A stretch of DNA of 64,000 nucleotides from an uncultured Streptococcus sp. (GTDB lineage: Bacteria > Bacillota > Bacilli > Lactobacillales > Streptococcaceae). The notes beneath the pieces are model-generated. The model had not been told where the DNA came from. It did not search any database and saw only the letters and a list, made by a program, of their open reading frames with translations. The stretch is taken from the NCBI RefSeq assembly GCF_963511325.1, contig NZ_CAUPII010000003.1, positions 30,678 through 94,677 of the forward strand, in the 5' to 3' direction. This document shows, piece by piece, positions 51,669 to 62,277 of the stretch (position 1 is its first letter; every line of letters starts with the position of its first letter). Position numbers and translations under genes: made by a program.

Positions 51669-52241
51669 TTAGTCTACTTTATAAAAAACTTGTTCTGAAC
51701 TAGTTGGAGCAGCTTGACCAGCAATCAGCCTATTTTTAGTTAAATCAGTATCTAACCCAGGCATAATAAGTCCAGCAGGATAAATACTCATTCCATAGCC
51801 CGAGATACCATCTCTAATGCTGAATTCAATCGTTCCATGGCTACCCATGCTCTTTTTTTCAATGTTTCCACTGTTTACTAGTCCATTTTTATCGAATGTA
51901 AACTCTTGCCCAAGTCCATTTCTCCAAGTTCCAACTAGAGTCGAGAAATCTCCATTTAGAATGGCTTGCTCATCTATTTTTTGTGATCTAGCATTCGTTT
52001 GCTCTTCTTGTGTCGAGAGTTTTTCCTCAGTAGTCGTAACACTATCTTGAGTAGTCGTTGAACTAGTGGTTGTTGTACTAGTCGCTGTCGTACTAGTAGT
52101 AGAAACCTGTTCTGTTGTAGCATTTACTGCTTCTACATCTTGCTTCTTATGATTAAAGAAGAACATAAAACTTATCAGTACTATAGCAATTAAGCAACTT
52201 AACAGAATCAAAATCCAATTGATGCCTTTTCCTATTTTCAT
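51669..52241 (-). CDS. Membrane-anchored extracellular protein with S/T-rich linker and DUF6287-like domain
   Basis: N-terminal TM, poly-Thr linker, AILNGDFSTLVGTWRNG..TFDKNG. Confidence 0.7.
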   Translation of the reverse strand: MKIGKGINWILILLSCLIAIVLISFMFFFNHKKQDVEAVNATTEQVSTTSTTATSTTTTSSTTTQDSVTTTEEKLSTQEEQTNARSQKIDEQAILNGDFSTLVGTWRNGLGQEFTFDKNGLVNSGNIEKKSMGSHGTIEFSIRDGISGYGMSIYPAGLIMPGLDTDLTKNRLIAGQAAPTSSEQVFYKVD

Positions 52242-52359
52242 TTATAACTCCTTTATATTATTCGTATTTAATTATATCATACTAAACTGATACTAGGAAG
52301 AAATTGTATAAGACAAAGACTAGTGGTGAGAATTTTGGGGTGAACTCTCTATTGAGGAT

Positions 52360-52463
52360 TAAAAAAGAACACCCCAAAAAGGTGCTCTTTGTAAGTATAG
52401 TCATTCTTTCGAAGAACGTTTACTAATTTGAAATGCTTTACGAGCTTTCTTAAGACCTGGTTT
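52360..52463 (-). mobile_element. Degenerate rpsI 3'-end copy with terminator (att scar A)
   Basis: Minus strand encodes KPGLKKARKAFQISKR (S9 ends KPGLKKARKASQFSKR), followed by a GAGCACC..GGTGTTC-T6 hairpin. Confidence 0.8.
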
Positions 52464-52718
52464 GACACAGTTGGATTTCAGGTACTTTCAGTTTAGCTTT
52501 ATATCAACCATCATCAAAATCCAACTATTTTCTTATTTTAAAAAATATGAATAAGTTTGATTGAATGAGGGAATTTCTTTAAATTTTTTCTTAGCACCTA
52601 TAAGTTAATAATACTATTCTTTAAATTATAGTTTATAATTATCTGATGTTTCAATGACCACAAAACAAAGTACAGCGAATCACTTCCTTTAGTCAAACAT
52701 ATAACTGAACAACATTGT

Positions 52719-53504
52719 TTATCTTCCTGCACTTTCATATTTTTTCAATCCTTTTCTAAAAATTGTACGACTGATAATAATCAAAAAAACTGTAAAAACT
52801 ATTTGATAGAAAAATAGGTTCAATGTATCTTTCCCTAAAAATATTAATACTGCAGGATTGGCAATTAATAAATTGGGAACAAATAACATAGTGATCAATC
52901 TGTTAATACCTGTAAAAATATTATATGGATACTTAGAAATTCCAATATAATTCAAAAATACATCTACTTTTGAAAATTTAGTTGGGAACCAAAATGAACT
53001 AATCGTTATTAGAAACCAAATTGAATAATATATAATACAACCACACATTAAAGAAAGGATATAAAATAATATTTTTAATGAATTTAAATGTACATTTAAA
53101 TTTCCATAACTTATAAAAATGATCGCAAGACCAAAAAAAGTATTCACGAATTGAACTAAATTAAATGATCTAAAAATATAGAACAACTGAGTATCAAACG
53201 GCCTCAATAAAATTTGATCCAAGTTACCACTCAAAATATCTGATTCTAAAATTCCCATACTTCTAATTAACAATCCCATCATAACTCCATCTACAATAGT
53301 GTAGGAACCTACCAAAAATAAAATTTGATAATAGTCCCAACCATTAAAAGAGTCTATGTTTAAGAAAATCAATCTAAAAAATACAATAGGTAAACCAATC
53401 CACAGTATCGACGAAAATAGACCACAAAAGAAGTCAAAATGAAAATTCATATCAGATTTAAAACCAAAATGAAGTAGCCTAAAAATTACTTTTATTCTAA
53501 ACAT
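52719..53504 (-). CDS. ABC-2 family permease (DUF990-like)
   Basis: SGNLDQILLRP and KYPYNIF..YESAG. GGAGGA RBS before ATG 53504. Confidence 0.82.
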   Translation of the reverse strand: MFRIKVIFRLLHFGFKSDMNFHFDFFCGLFSSILWIGLPIVFFRLIFLNIDSFNGWDYYQILFLVGSYTIVDGVMMGLLIRSMGILESDILSGNLDQILLRPFDTQLFYIFRSFNLVQFVNTFFGLAIIFISYGNLNVHLNSLKILFYILSLMCGCIIYYSIWFLITISSFWFPTKFSKVDVFLNYIGISKYPYNIFTGINRLITMLFVPNLLIANPAVLIFLGKDTLNLFFYQIVFTVFLIIISRTIFRKGLKKYESAGR

Positions 53505-53505
53505 T

Positions 53506-54300
53506 TTATCCTCCCACATTTGAGAAGTGCTCCACTCCTTTTCTCAATATGAATCTTGATATAATATAAAAAATGATGCACCAAATCAATTGAATACAAA
53601 TAATTCTCAAATAGTCTATTAATTTATATGTATCATTACTAAACATCTGAAGCGGTTCATATACTAAGTATTTAAAAGGTAATACATCTAAAAACAGACG
53701 AAAATTATTTGAAAAAAAACTTAAAGGCAATAATATTCCTGATAAAAACTGAATTACTATTTCTTTAACAGTAAGGACAAAAAATATATTTTCTAACCAA
53801 AAAGAAAGCATACCTACACAACATGATATTAAAAACCATAGAACCATAGATAGAATAATTGCAATACTTCCTAAAATAAGAATTTCAATGGTTAATAACT
53901 CATTCTTGTAATAAACACTGGAGAATAAAATGACAGGAATGATGATAAATAATAAATGAGCAAGCCTATCTCCAAGCATTTTACAAAAATAATACTTATA
54001 AAAAGTAACAGGTTTTATTAATATGCTAAAAAAATTTCCTGAATGAACATCGTCATTGATTTCCCAATCAACTGGATAAAAAACAAAATATGAAAAAATT
54101 ATAGTCCCCAAATAGTATTGAACCATTGAGGTAAAATCATATCCTGCTATATTTATCTGGTTACTCTGATATATATACGTCCATAAAAATACTGATATCA
54201 TAATTTGTATACTTGCCTGTAACATTAACAATAGTACACTTGATTTATAGTTCAAAATAGATCGAAATGATATCAGAATAATAGACATTTCTTTTTTCAA
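53506..54300 (-). CDS. ABC-2 family permease (DUF990-like)
   Basis: SGNFFSILIKP and LSGILLPLSFF..LPFKY..P. Confidence 0.82.
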   Translation of the reverse strand: MKKEMSIILISFRSILNYKSSVLLLMLQASIQIMISVFLWTYIYQSNQINIAGYDFTSMVQYYLGTIIFSYFVFYPVDWEINDDVHSGNFFSILIKPVTFYKYYFCKMLGDRLAHLLFIIIPVILFSSVYYKNELLTIEILILGSIAIILSMVLWFLISCCVGMLSFWLENIFFVLTVKEIVIQFLSGILLPLSFFSNNFRLFLDVLPFKYLVYEPLQMFSNDTYKLIDYLRIICIQLIWCIIFYIISRFILRKGVEHFSNVGG

Positions 54301-55283
54301 TTGTGCTCCTTTTTTGTAAAATAGTTTTGTAAAATAATTTCTTCTAAAGAAAGATTTGATATTTCAAAATCTTCTATATCTACAAGCTTATTGATTGATT
54401 CTAATGTCTCAAAGACAAAATCTCTAGGTATTTTTAGTATACATTCCGATTTTGTTTGAGAAATGACTACTACTCCTTTAACAGAGCATAACTCTGGTAC
54501 CAAATCTAATGTCATTTTTATCTTTAAATATTTAAAATCAGAAAATTTAGATAAAATAACATCCATTGACTCCTGCAAAATAATTTTTCCTTTGTCAATG
54601 ACGATTAATTCGTCACAAACAGACGAAATATCATCCATATCATGACTCGTTAAAATAATAGTAGTATGACATTCTTCATTCATTTTCTTTAAAAATGTTC
54701 TGATATCTTTTTTAGACTGTATATCTAACCCTATAGTAGGCTCGTCTAAAAATAATATTTCCGGACTTGTTAAAGATGCCGCGATAAACTCCATTTTCAT
54801 TTTTTGTCCAAGAGAGAGGGTCCGGACCTGCTGGTAAAGCTGATCTTTTACATTCAACAAATTGCTTAATTCCTGAATTCGTTCTTGTAAAATCGCCGGT
54901 TCTACCTCATATAAAGTACCAATCATTTGAAAATAATCCATAGCCGAAACATCTTGAAATAACTGTAATTTATTTCCTACTACTATTGAAATTTTTTTTC
55001 TAAAATTTATACTTCTTTTAAATGGAATTTCTCCATTCACTTCTAATTTTCCGGAACTAGGATAAAGAGTCCCAGTCAACATTTTAATCGTTGTGGATTT
55101 ACCAGCTCCATTACTCCCAATAAAGCCAACTATACTCCCTCTCTTAATCGTAAAACTAATATCTTGAACAGCTCGAATCGTTATTTGATTACGTTTCAAA
55201 AATCTCTTGATAAATGGGAGTCTTGAATCAAAATTATAAAAATTTTTAGATAAATTCTGAGCATTAATAACTATTTCACTCAT
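54297..55283 (-). CDS. ABC-2 exporter ATPase
   Basis: GSNGAGKST, LSLGQKMK and LDEPTIGLD. AGGAGA RBS before ATG 55283. Confidence 0.9.
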   Translation of the reverse strand: MSEIVINAQNLSKNFYNFDSRLPFIKRFLKRNQITIRAVQDISFTIKRGSIVGFIGSNGAGKSTTIKMLTGTLYPSSGKLEVNGEIPFKRSINFRKKISIVVGNKLQLFQDVSAMDYFQMIGTLYEVEPAILQERIQELSNLLNVKDQLYQQVRTLSLGQKMKMEFIAASLTSPEILFLDEPTIGLDIQSKKDIRTFLKKMNEECHTTIILTSHDMDDISSVCDELIVIDKGKIILQESMDVILSKFSDFKYLKIKMTLDLVPELCSVKGVVVISQTKSECILKIPRDFVFETLESINKLVDIEDFEISNLSLEEIILQNYFTKKEHN

Positions 55284-55479
55284 ATATCTCTCCTTTCGAT
55301 AAAATATATTTACTTGTACTTTTTCCATACTTTACCAAAATGCTAAAGATTGAGCTAAAATCTTCGGGATGGGTAAAATAATATTTGTCTTTAAAAAGTT
55401 TCTCAAAACCTTCAAGGCGATTATTGAAATCATTAAATTTTGTATTGTCTAGCTGGTTGAATGTCTCTTTAATATCCAT
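55276..55479 (-). CDS. Small hypothetical protein or truncated gene leading the ABC operon
   Basis: GGAGA RBS, and its stop overlaps the ATPase start. Confidence 0.45.
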   Translation of the reverse strand: MDIKETFNQLDNTKFNDFNNRLEGFEKLFKDKYYFTHPEDFSSIFSILVKYGKSTSKYILSKGEIYE

Positions 55480-55604
55480 AAACTTTCTCCGTGATTCTTT
55501 ATTTCACTTTATAAATAGAAGAGTGTCTATATATTTATAGATCCTCAAGAACTTGCATTTTATCAAGTATAAGTAGAATAGTATGTAAGGGTTTACATAT
55601 TCAT

Positions 55605-55633
55605 ATTATATGATTATTTAAGGAATCCGTCAA
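55605..55633 (-). promoter_or_regulatory. Near-consensus sigma-A promoter of the ABC operon
   Basis: TTGACG-17 nt-TATAAT. Confidence 0.65.
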
Positions 55634-55933
55634 TTTTCCACATTATTATATGACAAAATGTATTTTTTAAAAATGCAAAAATCTATGAGCAAGATGTTTG
55701 ACTTCCTTTTTTAAAGTATATATACTTATATTAACCTTAGAAAAGAAAAAATGTTTGAACAGATATTCAATAATAATTACTTTTTTTAAAATTAAAATTC
55801 GAACTTTAAATTTTTATCTTTTTTATATTATTGAGTAACCTAAATTGCCCAATTTGTAAAATTTAGCTAGACAAAAAAAGACATCCAAGAGAAATTTCTT
55901 AAATGTCTGTAAACGTTGATATAAGCGTGTTGA

Positions 55934-55978
55934 TTAACGTTTTGATAATTGTGATGCTTTACAAGCTTTTTTCAATCC
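55934..55978 (-). mobile_element. Degenerate rpsI 3'-end copy (att scar B)
   Basis: Minus strand encodes GLKKACKASQLSKR*. Confidence 0.78.
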
Positions 55979-56134
55979 TAATTTGAAAAGTCTGGCTTTT
56001 AGGACAGCTCAAAAGCGCTTGATAGGAAACGTCCTAAGAGTTTCTGTCGATTTCTATTTCAAGAAATAGGAATAGATGTATCTATAATAGTGCAATTTCT
56101 TAACGTAAAACTTTCAATCCTATCCTCTTCCTTC

Positions 56135-57082
56135 TTATCCTAATAAAGTTTGTAATATTGGAATAACAACGATAAATAGAACCGTACTTAGAGTCACCAC
56201 ATTCGTAGAGAATTCCACATCTCCTTTTCCCTGATTAGCAAGGATCGGAAGAACAGCTAAAGCTGGTGTAGCGGACTGAATCATAAAGGTCTTAAATTCT
56301 ACTGTCGCCATATTTGGTGCAAAGAACTTCAATACAAGAAGCATAATCAGAGGAGCTAGGATAAAGCGTCCAACTAAAGTGACAATCGTATCTTTATCAA
56401 AAGTAATAGTATTCAAGCCTGCCTTTGCAAGAACGATACCAATATAAATCAGAGATAGGGGAGTAACGATATTTCCAACATAGGTTAAGGTATTCGTTGC
56501 GAAATCTGGAATAGAGATTCGAAGAATCAAAAATAGCAGAGCCACAAGAAAACCTACAAGCGGAGCTGGTAGCAATTTCTTCCAGTCAAATTTACTTGTC
56601 TCCTTGCTTTGACCCGATTTACTGTCACTCGTCATCAAATACACGCCCAATGTCCAGGTGGAAATCGTGTTGGTGATATAGTAAATTAAGAAATAAGGAA
56701 GAGCCTGATCCCCAAAAAGAGCAACGTTTAAAGGTAAACCAATAAAAATAGTATTGGCATTCACAAAGGTATTAATCATGGTTCCTCGCCGTCCTGGACG
56801 AACCTTGAAAACCACAACTGCAATATAAGCTACGATATAGCCCAATTTAAATGCTACAAAAGTATAAAGAAGACCTCCAGAAAGACTGATTAGTTTATCT
56901 AGTGTTAGGTATTTCATCACCGACACAAAGATTGACGCTGGCAAGGCTACATTCATGATCAAACGAGATAGGTTAGGTCCAAAGGCATCTCCAAACCATC
57001 CCTTCACCTGAAGAATATACCCCAAAACAATAATAGCGATAATCGGAATGATACTCGTAATCGAGGTTAAAAAGAGTGACAT
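56135..57082 (-). CDS. mleP: Malate permease (AEC family)
   Basis: Multi-TM AEC-type sequence (NTIFIGLP) directly downstream of mleS. Confidence 0.88.
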   Translation of the reverse strand: MSLFLTSITSIIPIIAIIVLGYILQVKGWFGDAFGPNLSRLIMNVALPASIFVSVMKYLTLDKLISLSGGLLYTFVAFKLGYIVAYIAVVVFKVRPGRRGTMINTFVNANTIFIGLPLNVALFGDQALPYFLIYYITNTISTWTLGVYLMTSDSKSGQSKETSKFDWKKLLPAPLVGFLVALLFLILRISIPDFATNTLTYVGNIVTPLSLIYIGIVLAKAGLNTITFDKDTIVTLVGRFILAPLIMLLVLKFFAPNMATVEFKTFMIQSATPALAVLPILANQGKGDVEFSTNVVTLSTVLFIVVIPILQTLLG

Positions 57083-57159
57083 AGGCATCCTTTCTAAATT
57101 ACTTAAGTCCACAGCCCATACAAATCTGTCGCTATAGAAGTATAGACAGCAGAAATGAA

Positions 57160-58785
57160 TTATTTATACTCTGGATACCACTTCAAATCACGAACTGCTT
57201 TGGCCATATCTGTTTCCTTAGCGCGTGCAAGACCTTGCTCTTGTGCTTTTTTAGCAACCGCTTCTGCTACTTTAATGGAAACATCGGCTACATACTTGAA
57301 TGGAGGCAAGACAGGAGCTCCTGGTTGGCCTGGATTGACAATACCACTCAATGAATGAGCTGCTGCTCCAATCATTTCATCAGTCAAAAGACTTGCTTCA
57401 GAAGCCAGCATACCTAGACCAAGACCTGGGTAAATCAAGGCATTATTGGCTTGACCAATCACATAGTCGACACCTTTATAAGAAACCGTATCAGCAGGAA
57501 TTCCTGTTGCGACAAAAGCCTTGCCATCTGACCATTCAATCAAATCTTTGGCACTAGCTTCTGCTAGTTTGGTTGGATTTGACAAAGGGAAGATCATCGG
57601 ACGCTCTGTATTTTCACACATAGCTTCTACTATTTCTTTAGTGAAGGTATTAGGCTGAGTCGAAGTTCCTACAAGAATGGTTGGCTTCACAGTCTTCACT
57701 ACTTCAAGCAGATCAGTCAACTTGTCTGCGTTACTAAAGTCAGCACGTTTCTTAGCAAACGGTTTTTGTTCAGGAGTTAGGTCATCCATGTCATCAAAGA
57801 GAAGACCTTGTTTATCAACCATAAAGAAACGTTTATAGGCTTCTTCTTCAGAAAGACCTTCACTTACCATTTCACGAAGAACACGAGCGGCAATTCCTGC
57901 ACCCGCAGTACCACCACCATAGCAGAGATAAACTTGATCTGTTAATTTTTCACCACTAATATCCAGCGAACCAAAGATACCACCTAAGGTAACGATTCCT
58001 GTACCTTGAATATCATCATTAAAAGTTGGAATTTGTTTCCGGTATTTTTCAAGAATATTGGCAGCATTCGAGCGGCCGAAGTCTTCCCAGTGAAGGTAGA
58101 GTTTAGGAAAGAGACGTTCTGCTGTTTGAACAAATTGGTCAATGAAGTCGTAGTAACGATCTCCGCGAACCCGTTCGTGACGATTTCCTAAGTAATTAGG
58201 ATTGTTACGAAGTTCTTCACGGTTAGTCCCTGCATCAATAACTAAAGGAAGAACCATAGAAGGATCGATTCCAGCAGCACCCGTGTAGACCATCAATTTC
58301 CCAACAGAAATATCGACACCATTTGTTCCCCAGTCACCGATTCCAAGAATTCCTTCTGCATCTGTTACAACAATGAGACGAATCTCGCGATCCCCAGCAG
58401 CATTTTTCAAAGTGGCTTCAATATTTTCAGGATGATTGATATCAAGATACCCCGCATATTGGGGATCTACAAAGAGGTCACTATAGCCTTCAATGGTATC
58501 TGCAATGGTTGGATCGTATACAATTGGATTGAATTCCTCCAAATGTTGAGAAAAGAGGTAATAGAAAAGAGTCCGGTTGGTATTAAAAATTTCCATTAGG
58601 AAAAGACGTTTTTCCAAATCATTGGCTTTTGTTTGCATTTGTGCATAAGTTTGCGCCGCTTGCTCTTCAATCGTTTGAACATACGGTGGCAGTAAACCAA
58701 TAAGACCTAGTTCCTTTCGCTCCTCTAAGGTAAAGGCAGTACCTTTATTGAGGAAAGGGTTGTTTAAAATATCATGTGCAGTCAT
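57160..58785 (-). CDS. mleS: Malolactic enzyme
   Basis: [31 protein letters not shown] and FNDDIQGTG. Confidence 0.93.
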   Translation of the reverse strand: MTAHDILNNPFLNKGTAFTLEERKELGLIGLLPPYVQTIEEQAAQTYAQMQTKANDLEKRLFLMEIFNTNRTLFYYLFSQHLEEFNPIVYDPTIADTIEGYSDLFVDPQYAGYLDINHPENIEATLKNAAGDREIRLIVVTDAEGILGIGDWGTNGVDISVGKLMVYTGAAGIDPSMVLPLVIDAGTNREELRNNPNYLGNRHERVRGDRYYDFIDQFVQTAERLFPKLYLHWEDFGRSNAANILEKYRKQIPTFNDDIQGTGIVTLGGIFGSLDISGEKLTDQVYLCYGGGTAGAGIAARVLREMVSEGLSEEEAYKRFFMVDKQGLLFDDMDDLTPEQKPFAKKRADFSNADKLTDLLEVVKTVKPTILVGTSTQPNTFTKEIVEAMCENTERPMIFPLSNPTKLAEASAKDLIEWSDGKAFVATGIPADTVSYKGVDYVIGQANNALIYPGLGLGMLASEASLLTDEMIGAAAHSLSGIVNPGQPGAPVLPPFKYVADVSIKVAEAVAKKAQEQGLARAKETDMAKAVRDLKWYPEYK

Positions 58786-59142
58786 AGTGCAACCTCCTTT
58801 TTACTTCTATTATACCACTTAAAACGAATTGTTTGGAAAACTTTGTTGTTTAAAAAATACTATTGTGTACGCATATGTTATAATGAGTCTACAAAGACAT
58901 TTTCTAATAAGCTCTTTATACTTAAAACACTATTGTTAATGGCACTTTAAGTTGTTATATTTTATAAAGTTCTGAACTCATAAAACTCTCGATGATCACT
59001 CTTTACTAAAAGTTTCGAGTAAAAGAAACTAATCATACAAATTGGCAATCCGAATTAAAATAAATATTATATAAGTTTGTTATACAATACTTTGTATTTT
59101 TTAAGATGTTTTTTTGTCATGCAAAACTTGTATTCTATTTAT

Positions 59143-59493
59143 ATGACGAATAAAAACTATTTACAACAATATATTTCCCAAAAAGTGAAATATTTTCGAA
59201 CACAGAAAAAAATGAGCCAGGAAGAACTTTCGGAACAAGCAGGACTCGGGCTTAAGTATATCAATCAACTTGAAAACCAAAATGTGAATCTGACCATTCA
59301 CAGTCTTGAAAAAGTGATTGTCGCCCTAAAGATGACCCCAGAGGAATTTTTCAATTTTGATAGCCTTGAATCAACCTCTGATAAGACCGATAATCTTTCA
59401 CTCAAAAGAATCAACATGAAGGTTAAACAACTCCCTATTGATAAACGAGAAAAGATGTTGGTCATTTTCGAAAGTATCTTAGATAACCTTTGA
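59143..59493 (+). CDS. XRE-family HTH regulator
   Basis: MSQEELSEQAGLGLKYINQLENQNVNLTIHSL. The start position is uncertain. Confidence 0.8.
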   Translation: MTNKNYLQQYISQKVKYFRTQKKMSQEELSEQAGLGLKYINQLENQNVNLTIHSLEKVIVALKMTPEEFFNFDSLESTSDKTDNLSLKRINMKVKQLPIDKREKMLVIFESILDNL

Positions 59494-59620
59494 TATCCCT
59501 GACTCACTTACATTTTAACCGGCGAATACTCGTATAGTCAAATTGTAGGATACGGATAAAAATTATTTATCTGGTGATTTCCACTTATTTTCCTTCTCCA
59601 AATAATGAAAGTGAGCCCCT

Positions 59621-60499
59621 ATGAATTTAAAAGATCTACAATATTTTTATGACCTCTGCCAGCTTCAATCCTATACGGAAGTAGCAAAACAACACAAAGT
59701 CAGCCAACCATCTATTTCTTACGCCATCAAGCGCTTAGAGGAATCCTTTAACTGCAAATTGATTCACCACGATCCCTCGCATCGTTCCTTCAAACTAACT
59801 CCTCAAGGGCAAATCCTTCTAAAGCATACAGAAAAGATCTTACCTGAGGTTATTTCTACTCGCAAAGAAATCAATCGTTCCTTGGCCCAATACTCTACTG
59901 TAGGATTTCCTCCTATTATCATTCAGTATCTCTTTGCTGCCTTAAACGAAAAAGATAAATTCGATTTTTTAAAAAAAGTACGCCCTATCCGCGGTGGCTC
60001 CGTAGAGTTATTGAATCTTCTCCTCAAAGGAGACCTTGATGCAAGCCTACTCGGCTTGGTTGAACCACTCAATCATCCTTCAATAGAGACACATGAACTC
60101 TTTCATAAAGAACTGTATGTCGTTTTATCTAAGAACCATCCTCTTGCTACTGCTCCTTCCCTCGCTTTTGAAGAATTAGTAGATCAATCCTTTATACTTT
60201 TAGACGAACACTTTGTTCACCTGAAAGCTTTTGAACTACTTAATCAAAAGCATCAAAACAAGTCAGAAATATTCTTTAAGACTGACGACATTGTCATTCT
60301 TAAAGAACTTTTAAAGAAAGGGATTGGCCTTAGTTTACTGGCTGATATCGCGCTTTCTGATGAAGATGATGACTTAATAAAAATCCCTCTAATACCGGAG
60401 GACCAGATAACATTTACAGTTTATTACGCTTATCTCAAATCAGCTACACTGTCATCAGAAGTAGAAGCCTTATTTAATCTCATTAAATCATATGAATAG
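59621..60499 (+). CDS. mleR: LysR-family malolactic regulator
   Basis: MNLKDLQYF..SYTEVA..VSQPSISYAIKRLE, adjacent to mleS. Confidence 0.82.
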   Translation: MNLKDLQYFYDLCQLQSYTEVAKQHKVSQPSISYAIKRLEESFNCKLIHHDPSHRSFKLTPQGQILLKHTEKILPEVISTRKEINRSLAQYSTVGFPPIIIQYLFAALNEKDKFDFLKKVRPIRGGSVELLNLLLKGDLDASLLGLVEPLNHPSIETHELFHKELYVVLSKNHPLATAPSLAFEELVDQSFILLDEHFVHLKAFELLNQKHQNKSEIFFKTDDIVILKELLKKGIGLSLLADIALSDEDDDLIKIPLIPEDQITFTVYYAYLKSATLSSEVEALFNLIKSYE

Positions 60500-60654
60500 A
60501 AAAAAACTCTAACTATCAACTATCTGATAGCTAGAGTTTTTTACATTATAGGTATTAGACTAAAGCACGAAGAAATAGGATATGATCGCCGAATCTTTTC
60601 ATTTACCCGATACCCTTTAAGGAGATTTCTAAGTATAAATCTACAAGATATTAA

Positions 60655-60719
60655 TAAAAAAGAACACCCCGAAAGGTGCTCTTTGTAAGTACAGTAATTC
60701 TTTCGAAGAACGTTTTGAG
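60655..60719 (-). mobile_element. Short rpsI-end/terminator copy (att scar C)
   Basis: About 60 bp near-identical to 52360-52420 (AAGAACACCCCGAAAGGTGCTCTTTGTAAGT..TTCTTTCGAAGAACGTTT). Confidence 0.7.
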
Positions 60720-60903
60720 TGCAGTGGTTGCCATCCAATCAAACATCGCTTCGCTTGTTTTCTTGGGGCAACTGTGCATAGCATATCTCTATGCGACTAA
60801 AGTCGCTAGAGCTATCCTAATTGCGCACCGCCAGTTCTCATAGAAAAAAACACCTTGCAATATGCAAAGTGTTTTCGTTTGTATTCTGCTGTCCAGCAAC
60901 GAA

Positions 60904-60954
60904 TTAACGTTTTGAGAACTGGCTAGCTTTACGAGCTTTCTTAAGACCTGGCTT
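60904..60954 (-). mobile_element. rpsI 3'-end copy (att scar D), intact in protein sequence
   Basis: Minus strand encodes KPGLKKARKASQFSKR*, but the upstream sequence is not rpsI. Confidence 0.85.
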
Positions 60955-61093
60955 GGAAAGCATGAGTTTCAGTTGGACTAAAAACAGCGCAATATCAAGG
61001 CTTTTCAGAACTAAAACTACTTATTCATTTCATAAAATTTGAATCAATATTTTTTAAATAGGGTAATAGCTCAGTTCTGTATGCTGATAATAT

Positions 61094-61133
61094 ACAAAAG
61101 GAACACTTCAGTCTTTGAAGCGTTCCTTTTGCA
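61094..61133 (-). terminator. Long hairpin downstream of the DUF3800-like gene
   Basis: CAAAAGGAACACTTCA-5 nt-TGAAGCGTTCCTTTTG. Confidence 0.6.
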
Positions 61134-61155
61134 TTCTTGCAAAAAAATTATATCG

Positions 61156-62259
61156 TTAAAATTTAAACTCTAGAAAATGACTTATCTTTTTTTCAAATCT
61201 GTCGCTACCTATGCCATGTTTAAAACCGTAAGTCTCATACATAGAATTTTTCATTACATATTGAATAGATTTCATAACACTTTTTTTATCATTTGATAAT
61301 GTGAGATATAGTTGTTGCAACTTTTCTAACGAATTCCCTTCTAACATTGCCATCCACATTCTTAATATACTTACAACAACATCCGATAATTGAATAAAAA
61401 CATCATTATCAGACTTTACAAATTTGTAATTCGCTTTTTTCCCAGAAAATTCTACAGGAGATTCTTCTAGTTTTTCTTGAATAGTATATTCTTCATCAAA
61501 TATGTGCTCTGAATTGTAGTAACTAACTATGGAATTTGCATACACAGAATAGTAATTTTCAATCATAACACCAGCTTTATTCGATGTTGGCAATATTAAT
61601 TCTTCTTTTTTATGAGCTTTAAGTGACTGCCTTATATATTCCATATTAAAATCCACAACAGTTGGATTAAATCTCTCAATCCAACTTAACAATTCATTAA
61701 TAAATTGCTCCTGATTGGTAACATTAGGGTATTCAAAATACTTCATGAAATTTACAAACCAATCTTTATCTTTTTTTATATAATAATACAGTGAATTTTT
61801 TAAGTCTCTACTAAAATATAACCCTCCAATAGCCGATTCTGGCAACGTATCAATTATATCAACTATACTAAAATAAAAATTATCTAAATATGTGTAATGT
61901 ATCCAACAGTTATTTTTTTCCAACCACTCAACAAAGATTTTAAACTTCGGTTTAGAAAGTAATTCTATGAAATTTTTAGACTTTTGCTGAATATGCTTAA
62001 ATTTTATCTCTCTCATATTGGACTGCAATTTTAAATTATCAACCAGTTCATCTGTAATGCTTTGCTGTAAGATTTTTCCTTTTTCAAAAGCTAGACCACC
62101 CAAAATAAAATATGCATGTTCGTCAAAATTAAAGCCTTCTTCTGTCAACTTAAAAACTCTAGCATTATTGGTTTCATCATAGTATAAGACATACTCTTTA
62201 TCCATATTTGGAATATTATGCAAACTAGCAATATTCTCTATCATTCCTGTATAATCCAT
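61156..62259 (-). CDS. DUF3800-like protein (predicted RNase H-like fold)
   Basis: LYYDETN...YFILGG, EIKF, IFDEE and KSDNDVFIQLSDVV match the DUF3800 pattern (DE...QxxD). Confidence 0.7.
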   Translation of the reverse strand: MDYTGMIENIASLHNIPNMDKEYVLYYDETNNARVFKLTEEGFNFDEHAYFILGGLAFEKGKILQQSITDELVDNLKLQSNMREIKFKHIQQKSKNFIELLSKPKFKIFVEWLEKNNCWIHYTYLDNFYFSIVDIIDTLPESAIGGLYFSRDLKNSLYYYIKKDKDWFVNFMKYFEYPNVTNQEQFINELLSWIERFNPTVVDFNMEYIRQSLKAHKKEELILPTSNKAGVMIENYYSVYANSIVSYYNSEHIFDEEYTIQEKLEESPVEFSGKKANYKFVKSDNDVFIQLSDVVVSILRMWMAMLEGNSLEKLQQLYLTLSNDKKSVMKSIQYVMKNSMYETYGFKHGIGSDRFEKKISHFLEFKF

Positions 62260-62277
62260 TCCACTTACCTCAGAATT

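Noticed and set aside
60904..60954. Functional rpsI gene
   Set aside because: Only the last 16 codons are present; the upstream sequence is non-coding and then the DUF3800-like gene.
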